DNA of 64,000 nucleotides, taken from Cyanidioschyzon merolae (taxonomy: Eukaryota). The notes under the pieces were generated by a model. That model was not told the DNA's origin, ran no database searches, and worked only from the letters and a program-made list of their open reading frames with translations. A program made the translations under genes and the position numbers. Location of the stretch: NCBI GenBank assembly GCA_000091205.1, contig AP006496.2; one strand, 5' to 3'. Of the stretch, positions 59,030 to 64,000 are shown piece after piece; within the stretch, counting starts at the first letter, position 1; each line of letters begins with the position of its first letter.

Positions 59030-59647
59030 TCACTTGAGCAGTCTGCGAGTGAGCGTTGTTTTCGCATAATTTAAGGCTTCGGCGAAACCCTGCTCGCTGA
59101 GGTTCAACACCCGTGGCAGCACTGGTGCGATCCGCTCTCGCACTTCCGTTGGGTCAACTTCCAGAATCGCACCAGAGTCGTCTAGAACCTCGTCTACAAC
59201 TAGTAGCAGCGTTTCATAGTTGCGGAGAATTTGCAGCTCACTGAGCTCTCCGATCAGCGCTCCCAGAGCGTTTGTTAGACAGCTCAGCACCTGCGAAAAG
59301 ACTATCTCGTTCTCCGCAAGTGACACGACCAATAAGAAACAAACGTCAACGCCACTGCGGTAGAGTATGACAAAGTTATCGCTCACGAGCACGTCGTTAT
59401 CACCCAGCAGACCCGCCGCAGAGCCCACTGCCGCGAAGGTACCGGGGTCCAGCCCGGCCGTCCAGTAGCTGTCTGCAGCGGCTTCGGAGCTGCCAGCGCT
59501 TCGCCAGAGCTGATGCAGCTGCTCTTCAAAGTGCTTTTTGGAGCGCTCGTCTGTAAAGCGTTCCTCGTCATAGTAGCGAGCCAGCAAACGTGAGCCCCGT
59601 GCGCTCTGCACCAACAGTACCGACGCTCGTGGCTGCTGCACCGGCAT
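59030..59647 (-). CDS. Coatomer zeta subunit (zeta-COP) / AP-sigma-like longin-fold protein
   Basis: 'SVLLVQSARGSRLLARYYDE' (family 'ilildsdG.rl.akYY'), 'ENEIVFSQVLSCLTNAL' and 'ETLLLVVDEVLDDSGAILEVD'. Start placed at 'MPVQQ'. Confidence 0.6.
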   Translation of the reverse strand: MPVQQPRASVLLVQSARGSRLLARYYDEERFTDERSKKHFEEQLHQLWRSAGSSEAAADSYWTAGLDPGTFAAVGSAAGLLGDNDVLVSDNFVILYRSGVDVCFLLVVSLAENEIVFSQVLSCLTNALGALIGELSELQILRNYETLLLVVDEVLDDSGAILEVDPTEVRERIAPVLPRVLNLSEQGFAEALNYAKTTLTRRLLK

Positions 59648-60803
59648 TATGGTTGCGTTACTCGGGAGACAAGCGCCGCCTTTCCGCAGCGTCTCTCCAA
59701 GGCAGTGATCAGCTGCCACCTGAGATGATTTCCGGGGGATTTCCCTAAAAAGCGAACGACCAATATGCAGGCACTGCGATCACCTGTGCAGCCAAGCACA
59801 ACGGCAACGTCGTACTTTCCGGCAGTAGAGGCAAAACGGTCAAGTGTGCGCGGGTCAGATGCGGCGCGCTTCAGGAGAAGCGGGTAGGCGCGCGCAGTCG
59901 CTTACAGGACTCTTGGACACAAACATATTTTACTGTATATCATGGTATAAGGTGGACAATAAGTTTCCTGCCGATCAAACGGCATCGATGCATCAACACA
60001 GGGTGCGGTGTAGCGCTCAGACGAGCGAGTGCTGCTGGTGCCCAAGGCACGCGACACGCATTCCGCAAAGACGCTTGTACATTCGGCAAGCTGCGAAAAC
60101 GTGTCTGCTTCAGGAATATGGATTCAACGTATCCAGCGACGCATGCTCTCGTGACGAACGATGGATGCATCCAACAGGATGTTTTCGGAGGTGCGTGCTT
60201 GCTGGCGGCAAACGGGAAAGCAACGATCAGAGCGACGCTTCAGATTCCGCTGTGTTCCACGAACGCCACTATTGACTTTCGGCCGAGATGATGAGCACGA
60301 GACACCTGGCGTCCATCATGCGGTAGTCGGATCTCGTACGGGTGCCTGCAGTGATGCTGGATGATATGCCGCCGCTGCGAAACGCTTTGCAGTGCCTCTG
60401 TGGGTGTCGGGCACAGGGCGGATCACGTTGACGCATCTTCTGCAATTCACTGAACAAGAAAACGAACCTTTGGAGGCACGAATATTGGGCGTCATGTGGC
60501 GAAATCCCAGCATACGCCAACTTGTCTGCGGGGAGCGTCCTACGGATGATCTCCAGCGTCGGCGCCTGTACGAGACCGCACGCTGGGCGCCGTCGAGTGC
60601 GCGTGTCTATGAACGTGGCACTAGTACGCGGTCTCGCTGGGAAGCTGCACGTGAGCGCACATCGCGCCTCCCTAAACACACTCGGCAAGTGTAACGGAGC
60701 CTAGTTTCTGCAAAGCTGGCGTGAGCAGTCCGCGCGCGACCGGCTGAGGGGTGCCGGCGCGTTTGGAAAGCGCCACCCACAGACGCACAGGCTCGAGGGT
60801 TCG

Positions 60804-62243
60804 GTGGCGTCCTCCGCTGGTGTGCTAGCAGTGCGACAGATGCGGTGCTTACGCTTTGCAGATGGCCCCTGGAAGCCGTGCTCGTGTGCTTGCTCGTGTC
60901 GAAAGGCGACCACCAAGCGCTCCGCGCAGCGCTCATCTGTGCTGGCTACTGTCGATCCAAGCCGCTGGTTGAACCTGTCGAAGATTAAGGGCGCGCTCTC
61001 TAAGTCGATACAACACTTTCGACCACGGGTATGGAAATTGCTTCAGTTTTCAACGCTTGCGTATGCTGCCGTCGCGGGAGCGACAAGCATGCTGACTTGG
61101 CTCGCCACGCTGCAACCGAGCTTCTCACTCTATGCGCTCGTTCCGTTTACGTATCGTGTGCAGCGCCGACTGCACGCGCTAGCCCTCGACCACCCGGACC
61201 TGGAGACTAAACAATCGCAGCCGGCACCTGCCGTCTCAAAGGACGCCTTGGGTGCAGTGCACCGCGCGAAACAAAAGTTTGCGGATACGGTGCTGAAGCT
61301 GCTACTCGAAACACCGGGTATGCCGCCTGATCTGCAGGTTCAGGTCCATGTGGAGCGCGTACCTGCGAAACCGGCTTACCCAAACGAGCCCGAATTTGTA
61401 TTTGCCATCGACGACGGGCCGCTTTTCCAGACTCGCTGCGTCCAGCGCATAGCTGGACCGGTATCGTCCGAGACCGAGAACCCCTCTTCGTTTGACGTGT
61501 ACGTCTCAGCCGAAATGGAGCCTGCACTCATTCCCGCGGCATTGTCGCATGCTTTGGCGCATGGCGTGGCAAATCATGCGGCTGAGGCACTTAGTGCGCT
61601 CTTTTATGGTGCAGTCCCGTTGAGCGCCTGGCGTCCAAGATGTCTTGTGAACATGATAGCACCTGCTTCGCTGGCTGCTCGCTGGGGAGGCGGCACAGCC
61701 GTCGCTGCCCACTGGGTCGTCGACACCTTGCAGCGCTTCCGCGCGCCCCTTGTGGCGTTGTGCATGCGACCTGTGCAGCGGCGTAACGAATTCGAGGCCG
61801 ACTTGATCGCTGCAACGATACTAGCTCGTATCGGCCTTGATCCTGCGAGCATGCTGGAGCTTCTGCGACACGCCGAGGCCGGTACGACGCTGCGGCTCAC
61901 CAGCGATGACAATGGCGGCCGTCATGCGGTGCACGCTGCAACCTGGAACCGTGACGCGCTGCCCTGGGCTCGCTATCCTTCCATTCAACGTCGCCGGCGT
62001 TCTCTGGAGCCACACATGGAACGTCTCAAGCGACTTGAAGCATTGGTTCAGAAAAGCGAGGGTGCACGAAATCGTCGCATTGCTGTCCTACGAGACCAGG
62101 TGCAGCGGGAGCTGGCTCGTTTCGAGCGTTCATCACGTTCGGCTCCGCAGGCTTCGACCGAACAGGGGCGTGTCTCAGAGCGGCGCAGTGCTGTTTCGGG
62201 AGACGCAAGTCCTGCATGGGGTTCATCCGCACAGGCGCGGTAG
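60804..62243 (+). CDS. Oma1/M48-family metallopeptidase homolog with HExxH changed to HALAH (predicted inactive)
   Basis: 'ALSHALAHGVANHAAE' aligns with the Oma1 'gHEiaHvvarHsaE' motif but has Ala where the catalytic Glu sits. The downstream 'RRNEFEADLIAATILARIGLDPASMLELL' matches the M48 third-ligand 'sE.eAD..gl.ll..AGydP' block. Confidence 0.55.
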   Translation: MASSAGVLAVRQMRCLRFADGPWKPCSCACSCRKATTKRSAQRSSVLATVDPSRWLNLSKIKGALSKSIQHFRPRVWKLLQFSTLAYAAVAGATSMLTWLATLQPSFSLYALVPFTYRVQRRLHALALDHPDLETKQSQPAPAVSKDALGAVHRAKQKFADTVLKLLLETPGMPPDLQVQVHVERVPAKPAYPNEPEFVFAIDDGPLFQTRCVQRIAGPVSSETENPSSFDVYVSAEMEPALIPAALSHALAHGVANHAAEALSALFYGAVPLSAWRPRCLVNMIAPASLAARWGGGTAVAAHWVVDTLQRFRAPLVALCMRPVQRRNEFEADLIAATILARIGLDPASMLELLRHAEAGTTLRLTSDDNGGRHAVHAATWNRDALPWARYPSIQRRRRSLEPHMERLKRLEALVQKSEGARNRRIAVLRDQVQRELARFERSSRSAPQASTEQGRVSERRSAVSGDASPAWGSSAQAR

Positions 62244-62319
62244 TCATTGGCGTTAGGTTTCCGGGGCTGTGGCTCCAGCGCGCGCTGCAAAACCCGCGAC
62301 GGGCTGATATATCCGGCAC

Positions 62320-63690
62320 TGAACTGGAGGCTATTTTCCCGCCTTTTGATTTTTCCGAGGTTTTTTTCTGGAGATGTGCATGCTCGACGTTCGACGTGCA
62401 GCAGTAAAGGCGTACCGTTTCAGAGGTCGTTTACGGAATCTGTGACTTGCTTTCGGAGCGGCGCGTTCGGGTCTACCGCGCTTGGCACTCGGAACGTCAC
62501 CTGTAGCAACATGACTCGGTATGCACACGAACAAGCGCTCGCGGAATAACAGACATGATTATCCTTTTCAGACGCGTAAGACTCCAGCATTTGCCTTGCC
62601 TTGCGTGCAGCATGCTCGAATCGCACACATTCTTCAGGTTTTGGATCAGTCGATCCCGAGGCAACTGACGGGCGCTGCCATTCGCGCCACTTTCATACGG
62701 AAAGCGGAATCATGGGTGTCGTCGCTTGACGACTACTTCGAGCGCTCATGCCTCAAGTTCACAGAACATGTCACGTCAAGTAATCGACTCCGTTTTGGAA
62801 GACAAATGCTCCCCGCTTCGAGATCATCGACGGAACCGCGTTCGACAAGAACATCATACCTCAAAGCGGATATGCGCTGGGACGCTGTGGTTGCTTCTAT
62901 TTGCATGGAAAAGTGTCTGGGACACACCGAGTTGCGTCATCGTAGCGATCGCTTCCAGTGGGGCATGCGTCATCGCTTAGCACGAAGGGATCGGAGACTG
63001 ATCGGAATTTCTCGACTCCATCTCCAGCCTGGATATTTCTTCGAGGACTTGTTTCATCGTAAACAACATCGTTTGCCGCCAATACCCCACTGAACGGAGC
63101 AGTGACCGCTCACGCGTGGGCAGCGGACACTGTACTCGTCGACGAGATCGTCCAGAACAAGCCTTGCGATCGCTGGGTACGGTACCGAGCACAGCACCAG
63201 AGCAAGGCGTCGACGGGCGCCTGCTGGACACGTCAGGTGTACGTACTGGTCGATGATGCAACCGTCCACGTGCCACAGCGCGGATCTCGGAGGCGACGGT
63301 CTGGTGGCCATACGAAAACACCTGACCTCAGTCATTTGTCACAGCTGCAAAGCGCGCACCGAGGTTGTAAACGCAGAAAAAGAACACTGCAAGCGCAGTG
63401 CTGATCGCAACATTCGTATGAGCCTGGTATGCGTCGGCAACAGCCGGAGGCGGAGAAACCGGGACCTGCACGCTACCATCAATATTTGTCGTCCAAAGAC
63501 GACAGAACTGGACGCAGATGCATCAAGACCAGTGTATTGGAATCCGGATATACGGGCAACAGAGAGGACACACACACACTGAAACAGTCATCGACGAAAA
63601 ACGCGTGCAAACGCTTCTGTCGATGACACTTGCAAGGCATCCAAACTTTAGCGTGTACGCCCAAGTTAGCAAAGCAGACCTGTTCGACTT
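62320..63690 (+). mobile_element. 1.36-kb repeat, right copy (R), inverted relative to L; TnpB/Fanzor-like ORF with the same two in-frame TGA codons
   Basis: The 190-aa ORF 62521-63093 is identical to 46203-46775. 63253-63582 reads 'LTSVICHSCKARTEVVNAEKEHCKRSADRNIRMSLVCVGNSRRRRNRDLHATINI'. The frame is continuous, with TGA at 63091 and 63103. Confidence 0.5.
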
Positions 63691-64000
63691 CATATACGCC
63701 CACACACGGATATACCAGGCATTCGTTTGTGTGCAGGCGCTCTGCGCTGCACTGCTACCGCCATCGCTGTGTCGCATTCTCACCGAAACGCCGTCCAGTG
63801 TTTGAAATCCCACTCCCTGTGTGGAAGCGCTGTCAAGCAGCACACCGACTGCGACACCCGGTTCGCGGACGGCGTGCTGCGCTCAGGGCGCCGCCCTGCG
63901 TGCCGCGGCAGGCGTGTCGCTCAGCAGGAGCCCATCAACATACGCAACGGGGTCAAAGTCGCGCAGATCGTTGAGCTTCTCGCCAACACCCACAAACTTC

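Noticed and set aside
1-64000. Prokaryotic origin of the window (RsmD, ClpP, TnpB and metK are all bacterial-type)
   Set aside because: Red-lineage LHC genes, zeta-COP, an F-box protein, a PHD-finger protein, tRNA-splicing endonuclease, ATP synthase epsilon and a PFA-DSP phosphatase are eukaryotic. The bacterial-type genes carry N-terminal extensions typical of organelle targeting.

Overview
This window looks like GC-rich nuclear DNA from a photosynthetic protist with a red-lineage secondary plastid (stramenopile- or alveolate-like). I base that on two fucoxanthin-chlorophyll-type LHC antenna genes, a plastid/cyanobacterial-type PDH E2, anthranilate synthase and ClpP with N-terminal extensions, plus clearly eukaryotic genes (zeta-COP, F-box, PHD-finger, tRNA-splicing endonuclease, PFA-DSP phosphatase). 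Genes are compact and mostly single-exon. Confident calls are SAM synthetase, anthranilate synthase component I, PDH E2 with two lipoyl domains, ClpP, a biotin carboxylase/BCCP subunit, a Nudix hydrolase, RsmD, two divergently oriented LHC genes and a mitochondrial ATP synthase epsilon. The most unusual content is a repeat family of at least eight decayed loci carrying the C-terminal zinc-ribbon/RuvC-III signature of IS605 TnpB ('C..C ... C..CG ... RD.NAAINI'); in a eukaryote these are TnpB homologues of the Fanzor type. Two copies are near-identical 1.36-kb inverted repeats bracketing about 15.3 kb of host genes. Other notable items are a 116-bp x5 tandem satellite, an intron-containing tRNA-like Pol III gene with a long variable arm, a palindromic (GCAC)n/(GTGC)n microsatellite between the divergent LHC genes, and an Oma1/M48-like protein whose HExxH glutamate is replaced by alanine. 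Many overlapping ORFs in the six-frame track are GC-rich antisense artefacts and are not called. The ORF track also uses alternative start codons (for example GTG at 46130), so its ORF starts are unreliable.
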